A stretch of 64,000 bases of DNA from an archaeon (GTDB lineage: Archaea > AGJL01 > Methanococci > Methanococcales > Methanocaldococcaceae). The stretch lies in assembly GCA_024278985.1 (NCBI GenBank), contig JAJRSC010000015.1:1-64000 (forward strand). Reading direction: 5' to 3'. The position numbers and the translations under genes are program-made. Below are positions 52,917-64,000 of the stretch, piece after piece (within the stretch, counting starts at the first letter, position 1; every line of letters starts with the position of its first letter). The notes below the pieces were generated by a model that saw only the letters and a list, made by a program, of their open reading frames with translations, made no database searches and had not been told where the DNA came from.

Positions 52917-53764
52917 ATTATTTTAGCACCTTCATTATTTGGGTTTGTAACAATTATTTTTTTTAGATTAAAATTATTTAATTTTTCAACTACTTTTTTA
53001 GTATCCTCCTTTTCACATATTGCTATATAACTTGGTCCTGTCCCAGATAATCCTGCAGTTATTGCCCCTGCTTCAATAGCATTTATTACTATATCAGTAG
53101 GAAAGTTTAAAGCTGATGAATATAAAAGACCATTTAAAAATAATGCCTTAAAATATTCTCTATTTAATGATAAGTTATAGGCAATTTCAACATAGTCCTT
53201 TATTAACTTCATTTTATTAACATCTACATTCTTTTTAAGGTTAGGAATGAATATTACAATATCCAAATCTTCTTTTAATTTATCTCTTTTTATTATTTCC
53301 CTTTTTATATTATCAGTTATTGTTATTCCTCCATAATAAGATGATGTTGCATCATCATATGCCCCAGTTATTGTAAGATTTTCATCAAAACATGATTTTA
53401 TTGCCAAATCTAATATTAATTTATCATTTATTTTTTCATCTAAAGCAGAAAAAGCTGCCAATACAACAGCATTGGATGTTGCTGAACTACTACTTAGTCC
53501 TGATCTTATTGGAATCTCTGTTTTTGTTTCAACATAAGCAGAATAATTTAGATTAAAATATTCTAAAACATTTTTTACACATCTAACTATTAAATTTGGT
53601 TCAATATTTGCATCTAAAACTTTTCCTTCTATCTTATTTTTACCATCATCAAAAAATTTTACTTTTGCATATACTTTAAGGTCTATGCCAAAGGCAGAAC
53701 CTTTTCCAGTGGCAATAGCATTTATTATTGTTCCAGAAGCTAAGGCATAAGCACATCCTTCCAA
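52913..53764 (-). CDS. aroK: archaeal shikimate kinase (GHMP family)
   Basis: [34 protein letters not shown]. Confidence 0.93.
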
Positions 53765-53768
53765 GTTA

Positions 53769-54383
53769 TCACTCCTTTACATAAAAGATATTTTCATCCT
53801 CATCATAAACAATTCCTTTTTTCCATTTAACAAATAAATAATATTTATCTTTTTTATCATCAGATAGTTCCATAACAATCCTTTCAGCTATCATTTTGAT
53901 AGGGTCTTTTCCAATTCTTTCCTCAAAATCTTTAAAGCTTTTAAACTTTTCTTTTTCTCTTTCTTCTATAATTCTCCACATATATTTTTGCCTAATTCCA
54001 GGGAGTAATTCTAAAGAGTGTAATCTTGTAGTTATAGGAGGACATTCATTTAAAAATTTTACAAATCTCTCCTCTTGATGTTTTACTGCTTCCATAACAA
54101 CATACAATAATTCTGTTTTTGCTGTTGATGTTAGTTGATTATATTTAATCATTCTTTTTACATGACTTATTTTATCTCTCTTTCCTTTTCCAATATATAC
54201 TCTCTCACCAAGCATAACATCTGCTTTTGGTATCAATTCCATTAAAACAAATTGTTCCTCTCCTAACCCTTGAACAATTGGGTCTCCTTTACCATGATAC
54301 CCATATGGAAGATAGTCCAAAACCCAGGCATAATTTTCAAATTTTTGAGGTTTGTTTTTCTTTTTAAAGTGTCCTCTAACCAT
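53769..54383 (-). CDS. DUF655 putative nucleic-acid-binding protein
   Basis: VLDYL..G, YIGKG.RDK, RLHSLELLPGI; conserved rpl21e-rpoF-DUF655 context. Confidence 0.9.
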   Translation of the reverse strand: MVRGHFKKKNKPQKFENYAWVLDYLPYGYHGKGDPIVQGLGEEQFVLMELIPKADVMLGERVYIGKGKRDKISHVKRMIKYNQLTSTAKTELLYVVMEAVKHQEERFVKFLNECPPITTRLHSLELLPGIRQKYMWRIIEEREKEKFKSFKDFEERIGKDPIKMIAERIVMELSDDKKDKYYLFVKWKKGIVYDEDENIFYVKE

Positions 54384-54434
54384 AAAATTTCACCTTTAAT
54401 TTAAATGTATGAATATATAAGAATAAAAAAATTT

Positions 54435-54761
54435 TTATGGAAGATACTTTTTAACTACTTCCAATATTTCCTCCCAGTTTTCAGGAAGGTCTCTTTTGTA
54501 GTATATAGCTCTTAAATCATCCTTATCTATAGGTAGGATATCTGCTATTTTTACAGCATCCTTTTCATCAATCCCCAGATTAATAAGTTCCTCCACCAAT
54601 TTTTTGGCATCTTCTGAAGGAAGTTTTTTTAATTTTTGTAGATAATCTAAGGCACATCCTTGTTCATATGATAAGTCTCCTAATTCTGCTCTTTCCTTCA
54701 TAATTTTGTAAGCCTCGGATATTGTAACGAATCTTTCTTCTAAAATCTTTTTTCCAACCAT
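54435..54761 (-). CDS. rpoF: RNA polymerase subunit Rpo4 (RpoF)
   Basis: LSYEQ..ALDY, AVKIADILP; gene context. Confidence 0.92.
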   Translation of the reverse strand: MVGKKILEERFVTISEAYKIMKERAELGDLSYEQGCALDYLQKLKKLPSEDAKKLVEELINLGIDEKDAVKIADILPIDKDDLRAIYYKRDLPENWEEILEVVKKYLP

Positions 54762-54766
54762 ATTAA

Positions 54767-55063
54767 TCAGCACTGAACTGGTTTTAAGTGTTGTGGGTAA
54801 GCAATTAATATTTTTTCTTTACCTCCATCTCTAATTTTAACTAAGAAAGCTTTTCCTTGCTTACCTACAACAATTCCAGTTTTTCCATGATATCTTGGAT
54901 GTGGCATTCCTTTATGAACTGATGGGTCTATTTTTATAGCAACATATTCCCCTTCTTTATACTCCTTTAATGCTCTTGTTATTGGGTAGAGTCCTCTTTC
55001 TCTTGGGTGTTTTGATAATTTTTTCCTTGTTTTTCTTCTAAATCCTTCACTCATTTGAACCAT
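54767..55063 (-). CDS. rpl21e: 50S ribosomal protein L21e
   Basis: [26 protein letters not shown]. Confidence 0.96.
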   Translation of the reverse strand: MVQMSEGFRRKTRKKLSKHPRERGLYPITRALKEYKEGEYVAIKIDPSVHKGMPHPRYHGKTGIVVGKQGKAFLVKIRDGGKEKILIAYPQHLKPVQC

Positions 55064-56327
55064 AATCCTCACCATTTTTATCATGAACTTTTAAAACATC
55101 TAACCATTTACAATAAGCTGGTTTTTTTAAAATAGAAGATACTGAGGGCCTTGTTCTTCCGTTATCTCCACTTATTAACTCTTTAATATAGAGCCCTCCA
55201 TCACAATATATAGTCATCTCAAAATGATTATCATCTAACTTATTAGCTTTAACTTTATATACCTTACGCTTTCTTTCAATATCAGCCCTTCTATGTAAAA
55301 CTCTTTTTGGTGTTTTTTGATAAATAATCCTATTAGTTAAGTTTTCTTCCAATTTTTTTAAATCTTCTTCAGTTATATTTTCAGATTTTACTATAGCTTT
55401 GTAAGTTTTTTTATGGGGTGTGTTTTTAAATATAACCTTATCCTTTCTTTCTCCAAACTCCAAGTTGAGAACTTCAACTCTACCATCTTGAGAAATAATT
55501 TTTTCTAATTCTTTTAAATCTATTTTTCTTTTTTTAGGATTTTTAATTTCTAAAACAAAAGGTCTCCCATCTCCAAGCATTCTAACATCAATATCTTCTC
55601 TTCCAGCACCATGGAATCTATAATCCTCTCCTCCAGTAGCTTTTAAAATTGGTTCTCCAATAATTTGTTCAACAGATGTTAAATATTTTTTTCCTGTATA
55701 GTTACAATATTTACATCCTTTTCCTTTACAATATCCACATAACCATCTTGTTTGTGGAATTCCTCTTATTAACTTTCTATACCTTCCTTTAATAAAAAGA
55801 GGATTTATTTGTAATATAATAGATTCATCATAAGGATTAATATGAATAACAATATCTGGCTTTTCTCTATTAGGTTTTTTATTTATTGTTTTTGCTAAGA
55901 CCTTACCAAACTCTCTACCAAATTCCTGTTTTATACTTTCCATATAAGGAAATTTTTCAGATAAATTTTGTTCTAACTCTTTAATTTCATCAGGAATATG
56001 GGTTCCAATTAAAAATGTATCAAATTCATAATCTTTTAATAACTTTAGGGTTTTATCTAACAGTGTTTTTATCTTTTCTTCTTTAAATATTCCTTTACAC
56101 CAAATACAATTATTTTCATCTAAATTATAATTATTTTTTAGAATTTCTAAAATTTCTTTCTCTTCATCAGATATTTTATTTTCTTTTTCTTTTATTTCCA
56201 GTTCTATAATTTTAGATAATTTTAATGCCTTACCTCTTTCTAAGTTTGTTGCTCTAAATATCTTTCCCCATAATCTACCAAAACATCTATCACATAAATT
56301 AATCTCTTTTAATATTTCATAATTCAT
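55047..56327 (-). CDS. pus10: tRNA pseudouridine(54/55) synthase Pus10
   Basis: [46 protein letters not shown]. Confidence 0.95.
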   Translation of the reverse strand: MNYEILKEINLCDRCFGRLWGKIFRATNLERGKALKLSKIIELEIKEKENKISDEEKEILEILKNNYNLDENNCIWCKGIFKEEKIKTLLDKTLKLLKDYEFDTFLIGTHIPDEIKELEQNLSEKFPYMESIKQEFGREFGKVLAKTINKKPNREKPDIVIHINPYDESIILQINPLFIKGRYRKLIRGIPQTRWLCGYCKGKGCKYCNYTGKKYLTSVEQIIGEPILKATGGEDYRFHGAGREDIDVRMLGDGRPFVLEIKNPKKRKIDLKELEKIISQDGRVEVLNLEFGERKDKVIFKNTPHKKTYKAIVKSENITEEDLKKLEENLTNRIIYQKTPKRVLHRRADIERKRKVYKVKANKLDDNHFEMTIYCDGGLYIKELISGDNGRTRPSVSSILKKPAYCKWLDVLKVHDKNGEDYGSNE

Positions 56328-56339
56328 TTTAATCCCAGA

Positions 56340-57089
56340 TTATTTTATTTCTCCTAATTTAATTGCATCTTTACATATACATTCTCTTTTTCCAAATGGA
56401 TAATTGACAAAATCATCAACTACCTTTAAAATCTTCTTTTCCATCTCATCAATCTTTTTTAAAACTTCTTCAACTGTTAATGGATTTTTAGATATACCAC
56501 AGGCATAGTTTGTTATATTACAAATTGAAACATAACACATTTCTAACTCTCTTGCTAAAACAACCTCAGGATATAGAGTCATTCCTACAACATCTCCAAG
56601 TGTTTTATAAAAACTTATTTCTTTCTTAGTTTCAAATCTAGGCCCTTCTGTACATATGTAAGTTCCTTCAGAATATTCAAAGTTATTTTTATCTAATATA
56701 CTTTTTAAAACTTTAATTAACTCAGGACAAAATGGATATGTTAAATCAATATGAACAACTCTATCCTCATAAAAAGTTTCTTCTCTCTTCTTAGTAAATT
56801 CCATAAAATCATTTGGAATAAAAAAAGTTCCTGGCTTTAAAGAAAGATTTAAAGAACCAACAGAATTTATTGATAATATTCTTTCAACACCAAGTTTTTT
56901 TAATGCATATATATTTGCTCTATAGTTTATCTTATGAGGAGGAATAGTATGTTTTTCTCCATGTCTTAATAATAAAACTATTTTATCATTTCTCATAACC
57001 TCGGCAGTTCCATAGGGGGTAGTAATGGTTTCTTTATTATTAAGTTTTAGTATCTTATTAATTCCAGTACCTCCAATTATGGCAATCAA
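56340..57089 (-). CDS. 5'-methylthioinosine/methylthioadenosine phosphorylase (PNP family)
   Basis: IIGGTG, TPYG, RHG..H..PPH.INYRAN, GPRFET, VGMT..PE..LAREL. Confidence 0.9.
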   Translation of the reverse strand: MIAIIGGTGINKILKLNNKETITTPYGTAEVMRNDKIVLLLRHGEKHTIPPHKINYRANIYALKKLGVERILSINSVGSLNLSLKPGTFFIPNDFMEFTKKREETFYEDRVVHIDLTYPFCPELIKVLKSILDKNNFEYSEGTYICTEGPRFETKKEISFYKTLGDVVGMTLYPEVVLARELEMCYVSICNITNYACGISKNPLTVEEVLKKIDEMEKKILKVVDDFVNYPFGKRECICKDAIKLGEIK

Positions 57090-57100
57090 TTACTCCACCT

Positions 57101-57883
57101 TTAGAATTTTTCAACAAATGCTTTAATTAGTTCAATATTTTTATTTATTATTTTGTCAGCTTTATCCACTATTGTCTCATCTAAACAACTAATAGTTACT
57201 GCTGGTTTAGTAATTTCATCAAAAAATTTATTTACATCCTTCTCATCAAATAAGATTCCTTCATAATATCTTAAATTTGGAATTGCATATAATACACCAT
57301 CTAATGCATTTATTTCTCTTGATGCATCTACAATTGTATCAATAGTTAATGTCATAGTCCCAGAAGTTTTTGAAACTCTTGATTTTCTATATGTCTTTAA
57401 TATTCCTATTTTATCACATTTTAAAGACATTGCTCTTTTATTAGTGTTATCTACTTTGTATATATCTTCATCAAACACTCCCTTAGGGTCTTCAATAATT
57501 GCCACATTTGGAGAAAATTTTGATAAGAATTCTGGTTCTAATCCTCCTAATCCTGTTAAATCAATTAATAAATCAGGATTTATTTCTTTTTTTAAGAATT
57601 TTAATTTAAAGTCCTTTAAATGTAAAAATTTTATTTTCTCATCAAAAGCTATAAATCTCTCTAAAAACTCATGAATATCTACAATATAGATTCTTTCACT
57701 ATATTCTTTTAAGTTTTTAGCTACATAATTACCCCATAAATATACTCCAAAAATTACAGTTGTATTAAATTCTTCTCCTTCTAAAAAAGATTTTATAGCA
57801 TTATATTTTTTCTTAGCTATTTCATTAATAACATCTATAACTTTAGTATTTGTTTCAACTGTCTTGACAGTTTCAGTTATCAT
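57101..57883 (-). CDS. hcgC: FeGP cofactor biosynthesis methyltransferase HcgC
   Basis: ITE.VKT, G.YLWG, DLTGLGG, IEDP, KTSGTMTLT; next to hcgB. Confidence 0.85.
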   Translation of the reverse strand: MITETVKTVETNTKVIDVINEIAKKKYNAIKSFLEGEEFNTTVIFGVYLWGNYVAKNLKEYSERIYIVDIHEFLERFIAFDEKIKFLHLKDFKLKFLKKEINPDLLIDLTGLGGLEPEFLSKFSPNVAIIEDPKGVFDEDIYKVDNTNKRAMSLKCDKIGILKTYRKSRVSKTSGTMTLTIDTIVDASREINALDGVLYAIPNLRYYEGILFDEKDVNKFFDEITKPAVTISCLDETIVDKADKIINKNIELIKAFVEKF

Positions 57884-58350
57884 TTTATATTCACCCCTAC
57901 TCTTCTTAAGGCAGTTATTAATTCTTCTCTAACTTTTTCCTCAATATTCCTTTTATCTAAAGCAGAAGAAACTGATAAAGATGCCGATAATATCCTTCCT
58001 TTTTTGTCCAATATTACCAACATAGCTCCAGAACCTGGAACTCCTAACCTTCCTCTACTTATATAAATATCAGCATCTTCAGTATCAACTGCTATTAACC
58101 CCTTATATACTGCTGGCATTCTTGTTAAATCTGCCAACTCTGTATTTATATCAATCATTTTTATATCTGCCTTACATATCTTTTCCATAATAGATTTTAT
58201 TACATTAAATTTTTTTTGGTTATTAGTTGATACAACTATTTTTTTAGCATTTAAAATAGTATTTTTAATTCTTTCTACCTCTTCAATTTTGTCTCCTTTC
58301 CTTTTTTTAAATAATGACTCTAAATATGCATTTTTTATTATATCTTCCAT
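57880..58350 (-). CDS. hcgB: FeGP cofactor biosynthesis guanylyltransferase HcgB
   Basis: AY.ES....R/KGD..EE, ADLTRMPA..K, RGRLGVPGSG. Confidence 0.88.
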   Translation of the reverse strand: MEDIIKNAYLESLFKKRKGDKIEEVERIKNTILNAKKIVVSTNNQKKFNVIKSIMEKICKADIKMIDINTELADLTRMPAVYKGLIAVDTEDADIYISRGRLGVPGSGAMLVILDKKGRILSASLSVSSALDKRNIEEKVREELITALRRVGVNIK

Positions 58351-59207
58351 AATTTTCCAGCCTTAATTTCTTTTCTATATGCCTCCAATAATAAGTTTTC
58401 TTTACCAAGGTATTCAGCAACTGTTTTAAAATCAATATCAATTTTTTTTCTAAAATTTTTATCTCTTAAAAGATGATGGTCTATAATAATTTCTGTATCA
58501 ATGTTTGATATAATTTCTTTTAATGCCTCATTAGTTTTTTGTAAGTTCTTCTTTCCATATCTGAACATTAAATATGTTGGAGGTCCTCCAAGAAAAATAA
58601 GATTTGGCTTTTCTTTTAAAATAAATTCTTTTATTTCATCATATAATATTCCCTGTATATCTGAGGTATGTAAAAATTTAAAATCTTTATCTTTAACAAG
58701 AGTCATAACAACATATCCAAGTTTATCATCTTTACCATGAGGAATAGGATTAGAAAATTTTAAAATAGTATTATCAAATTTAAACTCCCTACCATCAGAG
58801 TATTCTATTTTTTTTGCCAAAGTTTTTACATTTTTTAAAAACTCAGATGCCCTCTTTTTTTGACTTTCATTTATATATTTAGAAGGATGTTTAATAAGTA
58901 AAATTTTATCCTTATATAGGTCTTTTGCATAATCTTTAGACTCTAAATATATATCATCAAAAAATGGAGTATAGTGGTAATAATGATAATGTGAAATTAT
59001 AACAACATCAGAAATTTTACAATATTTATTAATTATATCTCTCAGTTCTCTTAAAGTTTTAAATTCTATCTCTGTAGGTTCTAATTTATATCTATCTGGA
59101 GCTATAGCAATCCCTGGGTCTATCATAATCTTTAAATTATCTGTCTCTACATATGTAGCCATAGACCTAACTCCTAAACTTTCAGATGCCAATGGTAAAA
59201 CTTTCAT
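58338..59207 (-). CDS. UPF0282 metallo-beta-lactamase-fold protein
   Basis: ESLGVRS, IDPG, SHYHY(Y)H, HG....LG.V, SD.QG, DHHLLRD. Confidence 0.85.
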   Translation of the reverse strand: MKVLPLASESLGVRSMATYVETDNLKIMIDPGIAIAPDRYKLEPTEIEFKTLRELRDIINKYCKISDVVIISHYHYYHYTPFFDDIYLESKDYAKDLYKDKILLIKHPSKYINESQKKRASEFLKNVKTLAKKIEYSDGREFKFDNTILKFSNPIPHGKDDKLGYVVMTLVKDKDFKFLHTSDIQGILYDEIKEFILKEKPNLIFLGGPPTYLMFRYGKKNLQKTNEALKEIISNIDTEIIIDHHLLRDKNFRKKIDIDFKTVAEYLGKENLLLEAYRKEIKAGKLWKI

Positions 59208-59327
59208 ATATATCCTCTCCAATATTATAAGTGTTTGTAATAGTTCCTAATAATGAGATTATATAAAATAAAATATAAAAAATAAAAATTAACTATTTAA
59301 TTAAAAAAATATTAAAAGTGAAGATTA

Positions 59328-60056
59328 ATGAAGTTTGATTTACATGTTCATACAATTGTAAGTAAATGTTCCCTAAATCCTATTTGGCTTTTAAGGAAGT
59401 TGTGTAGGAAATATAATATAGTTCCTGCTATATGTGACCATAATAAATTGACGAAATTGGATTTTGCAATTCCAGGAGAGGAAATAGCAACCAATAGAGG
59501 AGAGTTTATTGGGTTATTTTTAAATGAAGAAATACCAAAAGGTTTGGATATTTATGAAGCAATTGATAGGGTGAAGGAACAGGATGGTTTAATTCTTATT
59601 CCTCATCCATTTGACCATCTAAGGAGTAGAAGTTTAATAAATTTCAATGTTCTTGAAGAGAAGGAATTTATAAAGAAGGTTGATATTGTTGAAGTGTTTA
59701 ACAGCAGATGTAGAGATTTAAAACCAAATATATTAGCTTTAGAGTATGCTAAAAAGTATAATTTTCCTGTCTCTTTTGGAAGTGATTGCCATTTTTATTG
59801 GGAGTTAAATAAAGCATATATAAAACTTAATTTTGATGATTTTGATAATCCAAAGCTATTTTTAAAAGAATTAGAAAAGATATCTCCTGAAATCTATAAT
59901 TATAATAAAAATTTATATAAAAATCCTTGGAAAACAGAACATTATTTTGGTATATTAGGAAATTCTAAAAATATTGAACTTTATAGTAAGGTATTAAAAA
60001 AAATTAGAAATCTATTTAATTTCAATTTTAAAAATCCTAATATAATAGGTAGGTGA
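59328..60056 (+). CDS. PHP-domain metal-dependent phosphoesterase
   Basis: DLHVHT, DHN, GEEI, HPF, EVFNSR, GSD.H. Confidence 0.9.
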   Translation: MKFDLHVHTIVSKCSLNPIWLLRKLCRKYNIVPAICDHNKLTKLDFAIPGEEIATNRGEFIGLFLNEEIPKGLDIYEAIDRVKEQDGLILIPHPFDHLRSRSLINFNVLEEKEFIKKVDIVEVFNSRCRDLKPNILALEYAKKYNFPVSFGSDCHFYWELNKAYIKLNFDDFDNPKLFLKELEKISPEIYNYNKNLYKNPWKTEHYFGILGNSKNIELYSKVLKKIRNLFNFNFKNPNIIGR

Positions 60057-61192
60057 TTAAAATATTGGCAAATAGAGTAAAAAATATAAAACCATCTATG
60101 ATTAGAGAGATTTTTAATTTATCTAATGAAAAATCCATAAACTTGGGTATTGGAGAGCCAGATTTTCCTACTCCTAAACATATAGTAGATGCTGCTAAAA
60201 ATGCTTTAGATGCTGGAAAGACACATTACTCCCATAATAAGGGAATCCCTGAGTTAAGAGAAGCAATATCTCAAAAGTTAAAAGAAGATTACAATATAGA
60301 TACTGATATGGAAAATATAATGATAACTGCAGGAGCTTCAGAGGGTTTAATGTTGTTAATATTATCATTAATTGATAAAGGAGATGAGGCAATAATATTT
60401 AATCCTTCATTTGTTTCATACAGGGCATTAATTGAATTAGCTGAAGGAAAGATAAAGGAAATAAATTTAGATGAAAATTTTGATGTAGATTTAGAAAAAA
60501 TTAAAGAGTCTATAACCAAAAAAACAAAAATAATAATCTTTAATTCTCCTGCAAATCCAACAGGAAAGGTTTATAACAAGGAGTTTATAAAAGGACTATG
60601 TGAAATAGCTGAGGATTATAATATAATTATATTGTCTGATGAGGTTTATGATAAAATCATTTATGATGAAAAAAAACATTACTCTCCTCTTCAATTCACT
60701 GATAATGCAGTATTAATAAATAGTTTTTCAAAAACCTATGCCATGACTGGCTGGAGAGTTGGATATTTATGTGTCTCTGAATCTTTAGATAAAGAACTAA
60801 ATTTAATAGATAGCATGATTAAAATACATCAATATAGTTTTGCATGTGTTACTACATTCTCTCAATATGGTGCATTAAAAGCTATAACATCATCACAAAA
60901 TTGTGTCAAGGAAATGGTAAGAGAGTTTAAAAGAAGGAGAGATTTAATATATAATGGTTTAAAAAAGATATTTAAAGTTAATAAGCCTGATGGAACTTTT
61001 TATATTTTTCCAGATGTTTCTGATTATGGAGATGGAAAAGAAATCTCTAAAAAAATTATAGAAAATGGAGTTTTATGTGTCCCAGGAGAAGCATTTGGAA
61101 GTAATGGAAAAAAATATATTAGATTTAGTTATGCAGCAAAATATGAAGATATTAAAAAAGCTTTGGAAATTATAGAAAATATATTTCAATAA
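60053..61192 (+). CDS. class I/II PLP aminotransferase (aspartate aminotransferase-like)
   Basis: GEPDF, NSP.NPTG, SDEVY, SFSKTYAMTGWRVG. Confidence 0.92.
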   Translation: MIKILANRVKNIKPSMIREIFNLSNEKSINLGIGEPDFPTPKHIVDAAKNALDAGKTHYSHNKGIPELREAISQKLKEDYNIDTDMENIMITAGASEGLMLLILSLIDKGDEAIIFNPSFVSYRALIELAEGKIKEINLDENFDVDLEKIKESITKKTKIIIFNSPANPTGKVYNKEFIKGLCEIAEDYNIIILSDEVYDKIIYDEKKHYSPLQFTDNAVLINSFSKTYAMTGWRVGYLCVSESLDKELNLIDSMIKIHQYSFACVTTFSQYGALKAITSSQNCVKEMVREFKRRRDLIYNGLKKIFKVNKPDGTFYIFPDVSDYGDGKEISKKIIENGVLCVPGEAFGSNGKKYIRFSYAAKYEDIKKALEIIENIFQ

Positions 61193-61590
61193 TAAAACTT
61201 TATATTTACTTTTTTAGAGAGTGTTAAAGTGTTGTATGTTATAACTATAGTATCAGTATAATTTGTAGGGTTATCATCTATTTTTATCCCATCTTTATAA
61301 GGTGTTAGTTTAATGATACTATTATTAATAACATTATACTCCCTATTTCCAATAAGAATATTATAATTTATTGTTCCTATCTTAGGCATTTTAAAATATA
61401 TTACTTCATTATTTGAATATGCCAATAAAGCAGAGTCTTCTAAATTGTCTAAAACATCACTTAATCTATCAGATTTTAATCCTACAAGTTCCTGAGATGT
61501 ATTAAAGAATATTGTATATGATAAATATAATGAAACTAATATTAATAATAAAAATGCCAAAACGGCATCTATAGCAATTTGTCCTCTCAT
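61186..61590 (-). CDS. type IV pilin-like protein, class III signal peptide (Asp at +5)
   Basis: MRG|QIAIDA plus hydrophobic helix. Confidence 0.75.
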   Translation of the reverse strand: MRGQIAIDAVLAFLLLILVSLYLSYTIFFNTSQELVGLKSDRLSDVLDNLEDSALLAYSNNEVIYFKMPKIGTINYNILIGNREYNVINNSIIKLTPYKDGIKIDDNPTNYTDTIVITYNTLTLSKKVNIKFYY

Positions 61591-61592
61591 AA

Positions 61593-62351
61593 CTATATAC
61601 CAAATAAACTTTTTGCATTTTGATAGGATATTTTACTTATTATCTCACTATTAATATTTTCAAGTTTCAATCTTAAAACAGTTCTTGGAACTGCTAAAAC
61701 ATCTGAAAAATTGGAAGATGTATCACTATTTAATAAAATTCTATCTGAAAAATCTATATTATCCTTAATAATCTCAACTGCTTCAGAGTGTGTTAATTTT
61801 CCAGGTTGTACTGTTAAACCAGCATAGTAGTTATTATCTAAGACATCCTTAATAATTGATTTATTACAATGGTCTATAATTATTGGTATATTTATATCTA
61901 ATGTTGAGAGTTCATCCAATATAATTTTAGTTATCTCCTCTTTATTTTTTCTTGGAGTATGAACAATTGCAGGATATTTTAAAGTATTTGAAAGTTCAAC
62001 CTGCTTAATAAATACATCCCTCTCTAATTTATCTCCTTTTTCTAATCCTATCTCTCCAATTGCCACAACTCTATCATTATCAACAACATATTTTTTTATA
62101 AAGTTTAATGCTCTATCTATATCTGGAGGTATAGCCCTTGGATGTAGTCCTATTCCAATATAAACATTTAAACCAAGTTTTTTAGCCCTATTAATTTCAC
62201 TAAAAACTTTTTCTATATGTGTTTCCCAAACTTCATTTGTTTTCATTGGAAATGGGTCATGTGCAAGGGTAATAACACCCTTTAAAGTTAGAGCCATTAA
62301 TTCCAAATCTTCCATACCTCTACAATCAATATGTGTATGAGTATCTATCAT
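61593..62351 (-). CDS. TatD-family metal-dependent hydrolase
   Basis: IDTHTH, GLHP, IGEIGLE, HTP, DH, NSD. Confidence 0.9.
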   Translation of the reverse strand: MIDTHTHIDCRGMEDLELMALTLKGVITLAHDPFPMKTNEVWETHIEKVFSEINRAKKLGLNVYIGIGLHPRAIPPDIDRALNFIKKYVVDNDRVVAIGEIGLEKGDKLERDVFIKQVELSNTLKYPAIVHTPRKNKEEITKIILDELSTLDINIPIIIDHCNKSIIKDVLDNNYYAGLTVQPGKLTHSEAVEIIKDNIDFSDRILLNSDTSSNFSDVLAVPRTVLRLKLENINSEIISKISYQNAKSLFGI

Positions 62352-62935
62352 TTTTCCACCTTTCTACCAACAGGCATTAATAATAAAGGTTCTTCTTTAA
62401 TATTTAAAATTCTTTTAATTTCATCATCATAAAATGCTCCAACTGAGACAGTTCCTAAGTTTAAAGCAGTTGCCATTAAATAAACATTCTGAGCAACATG
62501 ACCAACCTCCATATGGACATATCTAAATCCTCTTTCTCCATATACAGATATAGTTCTATAATAATCAGCTGCAATAATTAGAGTTATTGGGGCAACTGCA
62601 ATAAACATTTGATTTAGTGAAGCTATTGCCAATTCTCTACTATATTCATTATCATCTATCATTTCAATTGAATGCTCTTCAGGAATATAATGATATAAAC
62701 CCTCCTCTAAACCTAAAACATCTCTAATATTTATATATATCTCCAATGGATAAGTAGCTCCTGCTGAAGGGACAGTTTTAAAACCCCTATCATCAGTTAC
62801 TCCATAAGCAGCAAATAAAATATGAGATAGTTCTTTAATAGTTAGTGGCTCTCCTAAGTACTCTCTTATAGACCTTCTTTTTAATAATAGTTCTTCAAAA
62901 TTTGTTAGTATTGGTTCAGGTAATTCCAATTTCAT
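62348..62935 (-). CDS. SagB/ThcOx-type FMN nitroreductase-fold protein
   Basis: RRS.R.Y, PSAGA.YPLE, E.GH.AQN..L.A...LG....GAF.D. Confidence 0.88.
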   Translation of the reverse strand: MKLELPEPILTNFEELLLKRRSIREYLGEPLTIKELSHILFAAYGVTDDRGFKTVPSAGATYPLEIYINIRDVLGLEEGLYHYIPEEHSIEMIDDNEYSRELAIASLNQMFIAVAPITLIIAADYYRTISVYGERGFRYVHMEVGHVAQNVYLMATALNLGTVSVGAFYDDEIKRILNIKEEPLLLMPVGRKVEK

Positions 62936-63079
62936 AACAATCTCCAAAATTTACATTATAACATTAAATATAATTTAATTCAAACATAATATATTATATT
63001 TATGGTATGCTTATGTTTTAGTTAATATTGACTATAAATAAAGAATTATTAATAAAAAGAAATAAAAAGTGAGAATAAT

Positions 63080-63817
63080 ATGAAAGCACTTTTTATTTAT
63101 CATAAAGGAAATTATAGGATGGAGAAATTTTATAATCATCTTATAAATAGCCCAGAATTTTGTAAGATATGTAAAGATTGTTATAATTGTAGAGGAGATT
63201 GGAGTTATAAGGATTTTGTTAAAAAAGTTGAAATAAATTCTATTTATGAGGAGTTTATTGATGACCCAACTGAATATATTCCTAAACTTCCAGATGGGGA
63301 TGTATGCATTGCTCAATTACATGAAGATTTATTATATGAACTGCCAGAAATATTAAAAGATTACAATTATAAGGCCTTAATAGTCCCTTCTGAAGAACCA
63401 AAAGATTTATCTCCTGGAATGAGAAAAAAATTAAAAGAATTGTGTAATAAATATAGTATTGAGTTTGCAAATCCTAAACCCTTCTGTTCTTTAAGAAAAG
63501 GTAATTATGAAACAATAAATAAATTTATAGATTTTTTTAAAATAGGATATCCTGAATTTGAGATTATTGTTGAGAATGATACAATTAAAGATATTAAGGT
63601 TATTATATCCACTCCCTGTGGGGAAAGTTATTATATTGCCAAGAGATTGAAAGGTTTAAAAATAAATAATTTAGATAAAATTAAGGAGGAAATAGCTAAT
63701 TCTCATCATAATTATCCATGCTTAGCAAGTATGGAAATAGATAAAGAACTTTATGACTCAATACTTCATAAAGCAGGTTATATTGCTTACTCTTCAATAT
63801 TAGATAAGATTATTTAA
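63080..63817 (+). CDS. DUF166-family protein
   Basis: EFIDDP...IP, LH.DL, P.PFC.L, G.P.FEI, PCG, HH.YPC.ASM, H.AG. Confidence 0.85.
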   Translation: MKALFIYHKGNYRMEKFYNHLINSPEFCKICKDCYNCRGDWSYKDFVKKVEINSIYEEFIDDPTEYIPKLPDGDVCIAQLHEDLLYELPEILKDYNYKALIVPSEEPKDLSPGMRKKLKELCNKYSIEFANPKPFCSLRKGNYETINKFIDFFKIGYPEFEIIVENDTIKDIKVIISTPCGESYYIAKRLKGLKINNLDKIKEEIANSHHNYPCLASMEIDKELYDSILHKAGYIAYSSILDKII

Positions 63818-63910
63818 ACAAAATTATTTTATACTATTTTATTTTATATTTATTGTTCAACAATAATAAAAAATCTTTTTTAAATATATAAAAATGAGTG
63901 AGGTTTAAAA

Positions 63911-64000
63911 ATGACATTACCAAAAACAACGATTAAAAGAATTATGAAACAGTACACAAATTTAAATATATCTCAAGAAGCTGTAGATGAAATCTGTAAA
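63911..64000 (+). CDS. archaeal histone-fold protein, MJ1647-like (5' end only)
   Basis: MTLPKTTIKRIMKQYTNLNISQEAVDEICK; GTGAGG RBS. Confidence 0.8.
   Translation, partial: MTLPKTTIKRIMKQYTNLNISQEAVDEICK

Noticed and set aside
62348-62935. SagB-type dehydrogenase as the modifier of the island peptides (azole RiPP)
   Set aside because: About 13 kb away, in a TatD operon, no YcaO in the window, and the peptides are not Cys/Ser/Thr-rich

Overview
A very AT-rich archaeal chromosomal segment. Gene content (GAPOR, EarA, the EppA/Epd pilus genes, HcgBC, a CfbC-like protein, an MJ1647-type histone, the thermosome) points to a hyperthermophilic Methanococcales genome, most like Methanocaldococcus. 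About 70 mostly housekeeping genes and one tRNA-Ser(GCT) are present. The one clearly accessory region is a ~4.3 kb island (about 45.2-49.5 kb) between korD and guaB. It contains two copies of a ~220-bp promoter/leader that can fold into a kink-turn hairpin plus an RBS-occluding hairpin. Each copy precedes a ~100-aa Gly/Ala-rich peptide with a conserved 'MVGALxAEPVALG' N-terminal motif and a variable C-terminus, followed by a small multi-TM gene. The island also holds a leaderless orphan peptide cassette, a SpoIIM/DUF95 gene, HicBA and a decayed RelBE. It reads as a polymorphic, possibly circular-bacteriocin-like (archaeocin) cassette system; that functional call is inference. Many otherwise intact or essential genes carry 1-bp A-run deletions or probable G>T nonsense changes (ths, hisF, nadA, TraB and others), most likely sequence errors. 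Family assignments come from recognising motifs by eye; no searches were run.
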